Shown in pieces: positions 9,472 to 18,020 of a stretch of 50,436 bases of DNA; within the stretch, counting starts at the first letter, position 1; the number at the start of each line of letters is the position of its first letter. The DNA is from Candidatus Omnitrophota bacterium. Lineage in GTDB: Bacteria > Omnitrophota > Gorgyraeia > Gygaellales > Profunditerraquicolaceae. The translations under genes were made by a program, and so were the position numbers. Location: contig JAKQWZ010000016.1 of assembly GCA_029561735.1 (NCBI GenBank), positions 1 to 50,436 of the forward strand, written 5' to 3'. Under the pieces are notes generated by a model. The model saw only the letters and a program-made list of their open reading frames with translations, was not told where the DNA came from and searched no databases.

Positions 9472-9836
9472 CGTTCCTCCTTATTCAATTCAATTTCTAG
9501 AGGTTCTCCGTCTTTTATTAAAATAACCTTATTATCCTCAATCTTTAAGACTTCAAAGCCATTTACATCATCACCGATTTTTACAACGTCACCATTAATC
9601 ATAGCATAAGAAACGCCATTTTCATCAAGAATTATTCCTTCCAGCGCTAAGCCGGTTACCCCACCTTCAGGCTGTACTTTGATCAGCCTGCCGTCTGTAG
9701 TTACTATCGGTATAAAAGGATCACGCCTGCCTTGCGAATTATATTTATATGCTGCAGTATCCTCGGCAGCTAAACCTAAACCGGTGATTAAAAGAATTGG
9801 AAGGAATATTAAATAAAATATTTTATTTTTTGACAT
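9468..9836 (-). CDS. PilP-like pilus alignment protein
   Basis: N-terminal hydrophobic segment, GRRDPF motif, LEGII...YAMING...IGD beta domain; lies between pilO and pilQ; no obvious lipobox Cys. Confidence 0.75.
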   Translation of the reverse strand: MSKNKIFYLIFLPILLITGLGLAAEDTAAYKYNSQGRRDPFIPIVTTDGRLIKVQPEGGVTGLALEGIILDENGVSYAMINGDVVKIGDDVNGFEVLKIEDNKVILIKDGEPLEIELNKEER

Positions 9837-10368
9837 AAATAATCATGGCCATGCTTACATTCTGGCGGAAAATATCCGACGCTGATGTTGTAACCTTAAA
9901 ACTTTCAATGTTTACAAACACGCCGCAATTTTCCAAATAATTAATAAATGTGCCCAGCGTATGGTAAGTGCTTGAGATTTCAATACTGATTTTTAAAGGT
10001 TTAACAGGTGATTTTGCCAGGGCCGCATCAACGCCGGCCTCAGACTGCTTAAACTGTGTCACTGTAACTCCGCTTTCATTAGCCATACTTTGAATCTGCT
10101 CCAGAAATTGCGTTACCGATTCTTCCTTTATAAAAGCCTGACGTTTGTTCAATAAGCCATTACTGGCTGCTTTCTGCGTCTGCATTGCTGCTAAATCCCG
10201 GTTTAATTTATCTATATCGGTTCTTAGTTTGGCAATTCCGGATTCTGAATCCGACAGGCTTTTAAACCCCGCTGAAATTACAAATGAAAAATCCATATAA
10301 AGTACTACCAGCCCAACCAAGCCGATCAATATTAGTTTCTTTTTATCTAAAGCAGTAAAATCAATCAT
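9823..10368 (-). CDS. pilO: PilO-like inner-membrane pilus assembly protein
   Basis: Single TM, coiled coil, ferredoxin-like C-terminus (YHTLGTFINYLE); operon position. Confidence 0.8.
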   Translation of the reverse strand: MIDFTALDKKKLILIGLVGLVVLYMDFSFVISAGFKSLSDSESGIAKLRTDIDKLNRDLAAMQTQKAASNGLLNKRQAFIKEESVTQFLEQIQSMANESGVTVTQFKQSEAGVDAALAKSPVKPLKISIEISSTYHTLGTFINYLENCGVFVNIESFKVTTSASDIFRQNVSMAMIIYVKK

Positions 10369-10946
10369 TTTGTTTTAGTCCGCAGGGTAAATACAAAATC
10401 TGCCACCTCGTATCCGCCGATAGTTTTTCTCTGGAGCGAGCTTATATCCATTTTGTCAAAATCCCGGCTAAACTGCTGATCTTTTTTAAGATCGTCAATA
10501 AATTTATTCAACAGCCCCATTTCCTGCTTATCCAGAGATAAAACTGAACCCTTTATGATTAATTCCTTGCGGTTAACGCTCATTTCGTTAAACCAGACTC
10601 CATAAGGAAGATTAAGGCTTAGTTTATTTAATTTCTCCGACCAAACCAGCGAAGATGCGATAAGCTGCTGCATAGCCTTATCACTGCCCATCGCAGAGGA
10701 AGACTCCTGCTTAAATACATCTATGGATTTTCTTTTTTGTTCCAAACCGGACCATTGGCTGTTAAGTGATTTAAGCTTTGCTGCTGCAGCTGTGCTGCGG
10801 ATCACAACATACAGGTTTAAAGCAGCCAGTACTATAACCCCAAAGATTACAGCAAAAGTAATTATCTTGTTCTGCGACGCAGCCAAGACACTTGTTTTTT
10901 TAACCTTGATTTTGAGTTCATCCGGCAATAGGTTTATTTCTATCAT
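10365..10946 (-). CDS. pilN: PilN pilus assembly protein
   Basis: N-terminal INLLP PilM-binding motif, TM, coiled coil, LPYGVWF. Confidence 0.9.
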   Translation of the reverse strand: MIEINLLPDELKIKVKKTSVLAASQNKIITFAVIFGVIVLAALNLYVVIRSTAAAAKLKSLNSQWSGLEQKRKSIDVFKQESSSAMGSDKAMQQLIASSLVWSEKLNKLSLNLPYGVWFNEMSVNRKELIIKGSVLSLDKQEMGLLNKFIDDLKKDQQFSRDFDKMDISSLQRKTIGGYEVADFVFTLRTKTK

Positions 10947-10950
10947 ATGT

Positions 10951-11973
10951 TCATGCCCTTAATGCTAAACCAAAAGCAACGGCAAATTGAGGGCTTAAGG
11001 CTTTAATCTTTGCCGTATCCAGGTCTTTTTGTATAACAACTTTAGCAAACGGATCCCAGCACTCCACTTCAACATCAAGCAGGCCGGATAACATCCCGTT
11101 CAAGCCGGGAAATAAACTTGTGCCGCCGCTTAAGTATATTTTTTTTATACTGGAAGCGCTCTGGCTTTCATAATAATCAAATGAAGTCCTTAATTCCGCG
11201 GCCAGTGCAGATAATACTGTTTCCATTATCTGGACGATCTTAGTAAGCCTTTCCTTATCGGGATTAAGCTTACATTGTTCGGCTGCGTTAATCTCAAGCT
11301 CCAATATCTCGGATATTTTCTGGGTAAAATTCTTTCCGGCAATATTTATATCGCGGCTTAAATGCGGAATCTGCCCTTCTAAAATGTTAAGGTTGGTCAC
11401 GGCATGGCCGATATTTATTAAGGCTACGGCCTGATGCTCGCCGGATTGGGCCTGCGGATAATTATGGACAAAGGCATTTACCAGAGCCAATGAATCCAGA
11501 TCAACGGCATTGACCTTTATCCCGGAATCAACAACTGACTTTAAGCGGACCGAAAGATAATCTTTTTTTACCGCCGCCAAAAGTACCATCATTTTATTAT
11601 CGGCTAAATCGGGCTTTAAAATTGAGCTGTCTATATTAACATCGTTGAGGGCAAAAGGAATATATTTCTGCGCTTCATACTTAAGCGCATTCTTTAAATC
11701 GTCAGCTCCCATTTTTAAAAAGTTAACATACCTAATTATGCTGGAAGCCCCGGAAACAGACAAAGTTGTGAACCGGGGCGGTTGGGCTTCAGTCAGTTTT
11801 TTTAGCACCGACGATAAATCAATCTGAACCGGTTCAAGCAAATAAGAAGAAAACTCAACCTTATCTTTGGAGTGTTTTAACCTGACAGCTTTAATAAACG
11901 CTGTCCCGATATCAATACCCAAAGAGTAGCCCTCTTTATTGCCGTTATTCTTTACCCCAAATAAATTCATCAT
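10951..11973 (-). CDS. pilM: PilM actin-like pilus assembly protein
   Basis: GIDIG, EAQKYIPF, LINIG, TSFDYY, YLSGG and AFGLALR motifs. Confidence 0.93.
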   Translation of the reverse strand: MMNLFGVKNNGNKEGYSLGIDIGTAFIKAVRLKHSKDKVEFSSYLLEPVQIDLSSVLKKLTEAQPPRFTTLSVSGASSIIRYVNFLKMGADDLKNALKYEAQKYIPFALNDVNIDSSILKPDLADNKMMVLLAAVKKDYLSVRLKSVVDSGIKVNAVDLDSLALVNAFVHNYPQAQSGEHQAVALINIGHAVTNLNILEGQIPHLSRDINIAGKNFTQKISEILELEINAAEQCKLNPDKERLTKIVQIMETVLSALAAELRTSFDYYESQSASSIKKIYLSGGTSLFPGLNGMLSGLLDVEVECWDPFAKVVIQKDLDTAKIKALSPQFAVAFGLALRA

Positions 11974-11997
11974 AAATAAAAACCGGGCACAGCCACA

Positions 11998-12432
11998 TTA
12001 TTTAACGGTTTCGTCACCCGGGCCTGCCTGCGAATCAGGGTTAGCTTTTATTGCTCCTGATTCATCAACGTAGAAATACCTTCCCTTTAACAGGCCGGTA
12101 GTAGTAGGATTGGCATTAAGCGTAAAATGATCCGGGTCAGCAAGGCTATACACAAACAAATAACCCTGTTTTCTTCCTTGAGCCAAAACAGGGTCAATAT
12201 ACGGAGGGTCCGAAGCCGGAAATGCCAGATCTATCAGGTCCGTTGGATAAGTCTGCTTAGCTATATGGTAAAGCTGGCAGGCATTTTCAACTGTCTTAAG
12301 GTTAGCGATTGCTGCGCTCTCATTTGCTACTATGCGCGAACGCAGTATGCTGGGCATTGCCAAGGTCAACAAGATTACAACAAGCCCCACTACAAGCATA
12401 ATCTCAACCAGAGTAAAACCTCTGTTTTTCAT
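11998..12432 (-). CDS. Type IV pilin (minor/paralogous)
   Basis: Start reassigned from the ORF track's 12513 to the ATG at 12432 (TAATG overlap with the upstream gene). Class III signal MKNRG|FTLVEIM; shares ANES..IA, GY.F and R.F..D..G.I with the major pilin. Confidence 0.88.
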   Translation of the reverse strand: MKNRGFTLVEIMLVVGLVVILLTLAMPSILRSRIVANESAAIANLKTVENACQLYHIAKQTYPTDLIDLAFPASDPPYIDPVLAQGRKQGYLFVYSLADPDHFTLNANPTTTGLLKGRYFYVDESGAIKANPDSQAGPGDETVK

Positions 12433-12851
12433 TATTCTTCCTTTCTGCAGTCCTGAGAAACATGCAGGCTGCCGGTAGAAACTTTGAATATCTTTTGCCC
12501 GGTTATATTGCATTTAACCGGAACAGCCGAACAGTTATACCCTAAAGAATCAAGCCGGTCGCAGGCATAATGATATCCTTTTATAGGGAATTGCTTGGTA
12601 TAATCCCTGTCTAAATATGAAGGCTCTGCAGTAACTAGGGCAGAAATACTGGAAGGAAAAAGGCCCTTATTGGCTTTTGAATAGCTTTCTAATGCGGCAG
12701 AGATAAGTTTTAGCGTTGCGGATGCGACTGTCTCATTATAACCGATATTAAGCCTGATTGCTTTTATCACAACAAACCTTAAAATAAAGGCGGAAACTGC
12801 TACAATCAGCATTATAACTACCAGGCTTTTAGCCTTATTATTTATTATCAT
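12432..12851 (-). CDS. Pilin-like protein with degenerate class III signal
   Basis: NKA|KSLVVIMLIV aligns to RRG|FTLVEIMIVV; NETVASATLKLISAALESY, FPSSISAL, PSYLD, KGY and AVP..TG..F align with the neighbouring pilins. Confidence 0.7.
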   Translation of the reverse strand: MIINNKAKSLVVIMLIVAVSAFILRFVVIKAIRLNIGYNETVASATLKLISAALESYSKANKGLFPSSISALVTAEPSYLDRDYTKQFPIKGYHYACDRLDSLGYNCSAVPVKCNITGQKIFKVSTGSLHVSQDCRKEE

Positions 12852-12886
12852 AAATTTACGTAAGTTCTTTTTATTCTATTGGTTAG

Positions 12887-12915
12887 ATTGTATCAAAAAT
12901 AAATAAGTTATGCAA
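12887..12915 (-). promoter_or_regulatory. Sigma70-type promoter for minor pilins-pilMNOPQ-DUF2344-rng
   Basis: Minus strand TTGCAT-17 nt-TACAAT with TGn; AT-rich upstream. Confidence 0.6.
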
Positions 12916-12933
12916 GAAAAATTATAAATAAAT

Positions 12934-12964
12934 AAAAAAGGGCGGGAAAAAATCCCGCCCTTTT
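12934..12964 (-). terminator. Intrinsic terminator after the major pilin
   Basis: AAAAGGGCGGGA-5 nt loop-TCCCGCCCTTTT hairpin; the minus strand continues into a T6 run. Confidence 0.9.
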
Positions 12965-12986
12965 CTTAAAAAACTACAGTTCTGAT

Positions 12987-13433
12987 TTATTGCAGTATAT
13001 CACCTGTACAAGCTGTTGCAGCTGCAGCAGTATAATTCGCAGCAGCACTGCGGATTACGCCTGTCTGGTCAGTGCAGAAGCTCCTGTTTCCTGTAGTGCC
13101 GCGGGTAACAGGATTAGCTACTGCCTGATAAGTATTGGCATCGCCTGCTAAGGTAAAGGTATAGCCTGATTTCACGCCACCGGTCACAAAACCAGTAACA
13201 TATGCAGGCGTTGCTGTTGTCAATGCATCCAGATCAGCCGGATACGTGGGGCTGGTCTGCGCAGCTCTGTATGTTTCAGCTGCTGAACTGATGGTCCTTA
13301 CTGTCGCAATCGCAGAAGACTCATTAGCAGTCAACCTTGCGCGCAGAAGTCCGGGAATAGCTATTGCCGCCAGCAAAGCTATGATAGCGACAACAATCAT
13401 AATCTCTACTAAGGTAAATCCTCTTCTCTTCAT
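12987..13433 (-). CDS. pilA: Type IV major pilin (candidate)
   Basis: MKRRG|FTLVEIMIVVAII prepilin motif, Pro22, C-terminal Cys pair, strong SD AAAGGAGGAGG, own promoter and terminator. Confidence 0.88.
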   Translation of the reverse strand: MKRRGFTLVEIMIVVAIIALLAAIAIPGLLRARLTANESSAIATVRTISSAAETYRAAQTSPTYPADLDALTTATPAYVTGFVTGGVKSGYTFTLAGDANTYQAVANPVTRGTTGNRSFCTDQTGVIRSAAANYTAAAATACTGDILQ

Positions 13434-13494
13434 CTTAAACCCTCCTCCTTTAGGTTTATACTCCTTATCTATCTATAAATACTTACTTTATAAA

Positions 13495-13523
13495 TTTATA
13501 ACATTACGGCCTTGCTTTGTCAA
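13495..13523 (-). promoter_or_regulatory. Sigma70-type promoter of the major pilin
   Basis: Minus strand TTGACA-17 nt-TATAAA with TGn. Confidence 0.65.
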
Positions 13524-13533
13524 GAGAAATTAT

Positions 13534-14472
13534 CTAGCCATTATCCCTAAACCATTCAATTGTCTTAAGTAAGCCCATTTCCAAGCTAATTTTCGGCTGC
13601 CAGTTTAACACCTTCTTAGCCAGGGTAATATCAGGCTTTCTCTGCTTTGGATCATCCACAGGAAGCCTTTTATAAATGATCCTGCTTTTAGCAGAACACA
13701 TTTTCAGCACCAACTTGGCAAACTGCAATATGGTAAATTCCCCCGGATTTCCCAGATTAACCGGCGTATGAATATGCGCATGCGATAACCTGTATATGCC
13801 ATCTATCAAATCCGATACATAGCAGAATGACCGGGTCTGCTGGCCGCTGCCATACACAGAAACAGGCAGCCCGTTCATGGCCTGATAAATAAAATTCGGC
13901 ACCACCCTTCCGTCATTAATACGCATCCTCGGGCCATAGGTATTAAATATCCTGACTATGCGGGTATCCAGTTTATGCACACGGTGATAAGCCATGGTAA
14001 TGGCCTCGGCAAAACGCTTTGCTTCATCATAGCAGCCCCGAAAACCAACAGGGTTAACATGCCCCCAATAAGTTTCAGGTTGAGGATGGACCAAAGGATC
14101 CCCGTAAACTTCCGATGTTGAAGCCAGCAAAAATGCCGACTTTTTATTTTTAGCCAGCCCCAAACAATTATGAGTGCCTAAAGAGCCGACCTTAAGCGTC
14201 TGAATAGGGAATTTTAGATAATCTTCCGGTGATGCCGGAGAGGCAAAATGCAGGATTAAATCAACTTTACCCTGCATCGAGATATATTTTGAAATATTAT
14301 GCTCTTTAAAGCGAAAATTCTTATCTTTAAGCAAGTGCCTGATATTCTGCAGTTTTCCGGTTATAAAATTGTCCAGACATATTACTTTATAATCATTCTG
14401 AATGAATTTATCGCATAGATGCGAGCCGATAAACCCTGCGCCGCCTGTAATTACAGCTATTTTCTTACGCAT
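13534..14472 (-). CDS. UDP-glucuronate decarboxylase (UDP-xylose synthase) family
   Basis: [45 protein letters not shown] and [10 protein letters not shown] motifs. Confidence 0.92.
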   Translation of the reverse strand: MRKKIAVITGGAGFIGSHLCDKFIQNDYKVICLDNFITGKLQNIRHLLKDKNFRFKEHNISKYISMQGKVDLILHFASPASPEDYLKFPIQTLKVGSLGTHNCLGLAKNKKSAFLLASTSEVYGDPLVHPQPETYWGHVNPVGFRGCYDEAKRFAEAITMAYHRVHKLDTRIVRIFNTYGPRMRINDGRVVPNFIYQAMNGLPVSVYGSGQQTRSFCYVSDLIDGIYRLSHAHIHTPVNLGNPGEFTILQFAKLVLKMCSAKSRIIYKRLPVDDPKQRKPDITLAKKVLNWQPKISLEMGLLKTIEWFRDNG

Positions 14473-15395
14473 TTAAAATAATCCAATGTCCTTTTAAGCC
14501 CGTTAATAAAATCAACTTCCGGCTTATAGCCAAGGCCTTTTTCTATAAGCGAAAGGCTTGCTTTTGTCCGGAAAACATCCCCCGGCCTTTTATCAAGGAA
14601 AACCGGCTTTAATTTTTTCCCGGTTAACTTATTTAATATACTTACTAAATCTAATATGCTGTAATCTTTTCCGCCGGCTACATTATATACGCTGTTTACA
14701 GGTTTACTTTCTAAAGAAGCCAGTATATTGGCATTAACTACATTGCTTATATAGGTAAAATCGCGGGATTGCCTGCCTGTGCCGTAAATAGGCGGCCTTT
14801 TATTGCGGAACATACAATCAATAAACTTGGGGATGACCACAGCGTATTCATCGTCTAAAGACTGGCGGGGGCCAAAAACATTGAAATAACGCAGTGCTAC
14901 CGTAGTTATGCCGTAACGAAGGCTGAATATCTTGCAATAATATTCTCCGCAGAGCTTGGTCAGGGCATATGGGGAAATCGGCCCGGGCACAAAACATTCC
15001 TTTTCAGGAAAATCCTTTACATCGCCATATACCGAGCTGGATGAAGCAAAAACAAATGCCTTTACCTTATTCTTAACTGAGGCTTCTAGCATATTTAAAA
15101 TACCCTGAATATTTACATCATTATATTCTTGCGGGTTATTAAATGATTTCGGCACGCTCCTTAAAGCCGCCTGATGCAAAACATAATCAATGCCGCTTGT
15201 TGCCTTCAGGCAGGCGGATTTTGAGCGGATATCCGCCTTTATCAAATCAATCCTCTTTTTTGCCAGGGCAAGATTGGATGCCCGGCCGCTGGAAAAATTA
15301 TCCAACACCCTGACTTGGGCCCCTTTTTCCAATAAGGCGTCAACAATGTGCGAGCCTATAAATCCTGCGCCGCCGGTTACCAGGTATTTTTTCAT
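14457..15395 (-). CDS. NAD-dependent epimerase (WbpP/TviC-like UDP-HexNAc(A) 4-epimerase)
   Basis: [34 protein letters not shown] (YxxxK), [18 protein letters not shown]. Confidence 0.85.
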   Translation of the reverse strand: MKKYLVTGGAGFIGSHIVDALLEKGAQVRVLDNFSSGRASNLALAKKRIDLIKADIRSKSACLKATSGIDYVLHQAALRSVPKSFNNPQEYNDVNIQGILNMLEASVKNKVKAFVFASSSSVYGDVKDFPEKECFVPGPISPYALTKLCGEYYCKIFSLRYGITTVALRYFNVFGPRQSLDDEYAVVIPKFIDCMFRNKRPPIYGTGRQSRDFTYISNVVNANILASLESKPVNSVYNVAGGKDYSILDLVSILNKLTGKKLKPVFLDKRPGDVFRTKASLSLIEKGLGYKPEVDFINGLKRTLDYFKCVRK

Positions 15396-16699
15396 AGCCT
15401 TTTAATATTTAGGGATTTGTTTCCCGGGAATTTATTACGCGTATCAAAAACCAGTTTAGCGTGCCTGCTAATCAAAGCATAATCAATTGCGCTATGGTCA
15501 GTAGCTATAAGAACGCAATCAAACCCGGCAATAATTTCTTTGGTTAATTTAACTGATTTTAAATCCAGATTATATACCTTTAGATAGGGGATCAAGGGGT
15601 CATAATAAGAAACAAATGATTTTGCCCGGCGAAGTATTTCAATAATATCCAAAGCCGGGGATTTGCGTAAATCCTTTACATCTTTCTTATATGTAACGCC
15701 TACAACCAGGATACGCGCATTCTTTAAGCTTAATCCGGAGCGCGACAATTCCGCCTCCACCCTCTTAACCACATATCCGGGCATCCCGTTAATAGTATCC
15801 GAAGCCAACTTTATAAAACGGCTGCTAAAACCCTGATGTTTGGCTTTCCAGTACAAATAAAGCGGGTCTTTTGGTATGCAATGCCCGCCCACTCCGGGCC
15901 CGGGATAAAAAGGCATAAAGCCAAACGGCTTGGTCTTTGCCGCATTTATAACTTCGGAAATATCTATATTCATTTTATGCGACATCATGGCTAATTCATC
16001 AATAAGCCCGATATTGATCAAACGAAAGGTATTTTCAAGCAGCTTAACCATTTCAGCAACTCTTGCTGTGGACACAGGCACAACTTTATCAAATATATTT
16101 TTATACACCATGACAGTCAATTCAGTAGCCGCACGGTCTATGCCGCCGCAAACCTTGGGGATTTTCTTCAGTATAAAATTACTTCCCGGATCTATCCTTT
16201 CCGGGGAAAAACATAGATAAAAATCCTTTCCGTGCCTGCTGCCGTCGTTTTCCAGCATAGGCAGGATTACTTCTTCGGTAGTGCCGGGATAAGTCGTGCT
16301 TTCCAAAACAATCAATGCTTTTTCTTTCCTGTGTTTGGCTATAGATTTCACAGCTGAAGTAATATATGAGATGTTCGGCTGGTATTTATGCTTTAACGGA
16401 GTAGGCACGCAGATAAAAATAACATCTGCCTGCTTTAAAAGTACGAAGTTTGAAAATACCTGAATTTTTTTTGACTCAATAAGCTTTTTAATATCACTTG
16501 AGGGGACATCCGTAATGTAGGAAAGTTTCCCCTTAAGCTGGTTAATCCTGTCCTTATCCAAGTCTATACCCAAAACACTAAACCCTTTTTTAGCGAATTC
16601 TACTGCTAAAGGCAGGCCCACATAGCCTAAACCGACTACGGCGATCTTCAGCTTTTTTTTGACTGTTTTAACCTTAAAGCCTTTTAGGAAATTATCCAT
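15392..16699 (-). CDS. Nucleotide-sugar dehydrogenase (UDP-GlcNAc 6-dehydrogenase, WbpA/TviB-like)
   Basis: GLGYVGLPLA, CVPTP, ESTTYPGTT, SPERIDPG, KLLENTFR and GVGGHCIP motifs. Confidence 0.88.
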   Translation of the reverse strand: MDNFLKGFKVKTVKKKLKIAVVGLGYVGLPLAVEFAKKGFSVLGIDLDKDRINQLKGKLSYITDVPSSDIKKLIESKKIQVFSNFVLLKQADVIFICVPTPLKHKYQPNISYITSAVKSIAKHRKEKALIVLESTTYPGTTEEVILPMLENDGSRHGKDFYLCFSPERIDPGSNFILKKIPKVCGGIDRAATELTVMVYKNIFDKVVPVSTARVAEMVKLLENTFRLINIGLIDELAMMSHKMNIDISEVINAAKTKPFGFMPFYPGPGVGGHCIPKDPLYLYWKAKHQGFSSRFIKLASDTINGMPGYVVKRVEAELSRSGLSLKNARILVVGVTYKKDVKDLRKSPALDIIEILRRAKSFVSYYDPLIPYLKVYNLDLKSVKLTKEIIAGFDCVLIATDHSAIDYALISRHAKLVFDTRNKFPGNKSLNIKRL

Positions 16700-16705
16700 A
16701 GTTAT

Positions 16706-18010
16706 CTAATCTTTTGATTTTCTTCCGATGCTTTCGTAGGTAAATCCTAATTTACGCATTTCCTGCGGGTCGTAAATATTGCGGCCGTCTAAAATAACCG
16801 GGCGCTTAAGCAGTTTTTTTATCTTTAAGAAATCCAGCTCTTTAAATTCATCCCAATCCGTGAGGACCAGCAGGCAATCGCTGCCCTTAGAAGCGCTATA
16901 TGCGTCATTGCAAAAAGTAACTGTTTTATTAAGTGCGCCCGCAGCCTTTTTCATCGCTTTAGGGTCATAAACGCGCACCTTAGCGCCTTCTTTTTGTATT
17001 GCCCGGATAATATCAACTGCGGCGGAACTGCGGATGTCATCGGTATTAGGCTTAAATGAAACACCCAGAACAGCGATTGTCTTGCCCTTGATTATCCAAA
17101 GGGTATTTTTTATTTTCTCCAGAAAAAATTCCCTTTGCCGGCTGTTTATATTCCTTACCGCGGTAAGCAGGTCAAATTCATAGCCTAATTTTTCCGATAT
17201 GGCAATAAAAGCGTCTACATCTTTTGGGAAACACGACCCTCCATAACCCAGCCCGGCATTTAAGAAATCTTTTCCTATGCGACCATCAAGGCCCATCCCC
17301 AACGCTACCTTAGAGACATCAGCTCCCACTTTATCGCAGACCTGCGATACAGCATTGATAAAAGAAATCTTGGTGGCCAGGAATGAATTAGAGGCATGTT
17401 TTATTAATTCTGCGCTCTTAACATCAGTAATGAGGATCGGCGCCTTTAAGGGCTTATAAAGCGCAGTCAACAGCTCAGCGGCTTTTTTTGACTCAACCCC
17501 CAAAACAATCCTGTCCGGATGCATAAAATCATTGATTGCCTGCCCTTCTCTTAAGAATTCAGGGTTGGAAGCAACATCAAACTTGTGTTTCTTCCCGGCA
17601 TAAGCAGAAACAGTCTGTTTTACCCAAGCACCTGTCTCAACAGGAACCGTGGATTTTTCAACTATCAACCGGTAGCCGGACATATTCTTGGCTATTTTTC
17701 TGGCTACATTCTCTATACCGGTAAGGTCTGCTTCGCCGTTTTCCAAAGACGGAGTGCCTACAGTGATAAATATTATTTCTCCTGCATTAACCGCATCGGC
17801 AATGCTGGAAGTAAAATTTAACCGCTTTTTTTTAAGATTGCTCTTTATCAGCTCATCCAAGCCGGGCTCATATATAGGTATCAGGCCTTTTTTAAGGCAA
17901 GCAATCTTTTTAATGTCATTATCCGCGCAGACCACATGGTTTCCCAACTCGGCAAAACATGCCCCGGTAACCAAGCCGACATAACCTGAACCGATAATTG
18001 AAATATGCAT
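16706..18010 (-). CDS. ugd: UDP-glucose 6-dehydrogenase
   Basis: GSGYVGL, VGTP, KSTVP, SNPEFLREG, GYGGSCFPKD and FKPNTDD motifs. Confidence 0.95.
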   Translation of the reverse strand: MHISIIGSGYVGLVTGACFAELGNHVVCADNDIKKIACLKKGLIPIYEPGLDELIKSNLKKKRLNFTSSIADAVNAGEIIFITVGTPSLENGEADLTGIENVARKIAKNMSGYRLIVEKSTVPVETGAWVKQTVSAYAGKKHKFDVASNPEFLREGQAINDFMHPDRIVLGVESKKAAELLTALYKPLKAPILITDVKSAELIKHASNSFLATKISFINAVSQVCDKVGADVSKVALGMGLDGRIGKDFLNAGLGYGGSCFPKDVDAFIAISEKLGYEFDLLTAVRNINSRQREFFLEKIKNTLWIIKGKTIAVLGVSFKPNTDDIRSSAAVDIIRAIQKEGAKVRVYDPKAMKKAAGALNKTVTFCNDAYSASKGSDCLLVLTDWDEFKELDFLKIKKLLKRPVILDGRNIYDPQEMRKLGFTYESIGRKSKD

Positions 18011-18020
18011 AATTTCTCCG

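Noticed and set aside
12433-12513. 27-aa N-terminal extension of the pilin ORF 11998-12513
   Set aside because: It overlaps the upstream gene; the ATG at 12432 gives a canonical short class III leader with a TAATG overlap
12852-12986. Largest intergenic gap as a possible ncRNA, tRNA or CRISPR remnant
   Set aside because: It is explained by the terminator plus an AT-rich promoter; no cloverleaf or repeat-spacer pattern
11998-13433. Electrically conductive (e-pili) interpretation of the pilins
   Set aside because: The major pilin has about 10 aromatic residues in 143 (~7%) and a long aromatic-free N-terminal helix, unlike Geobacter-type conductive pilins
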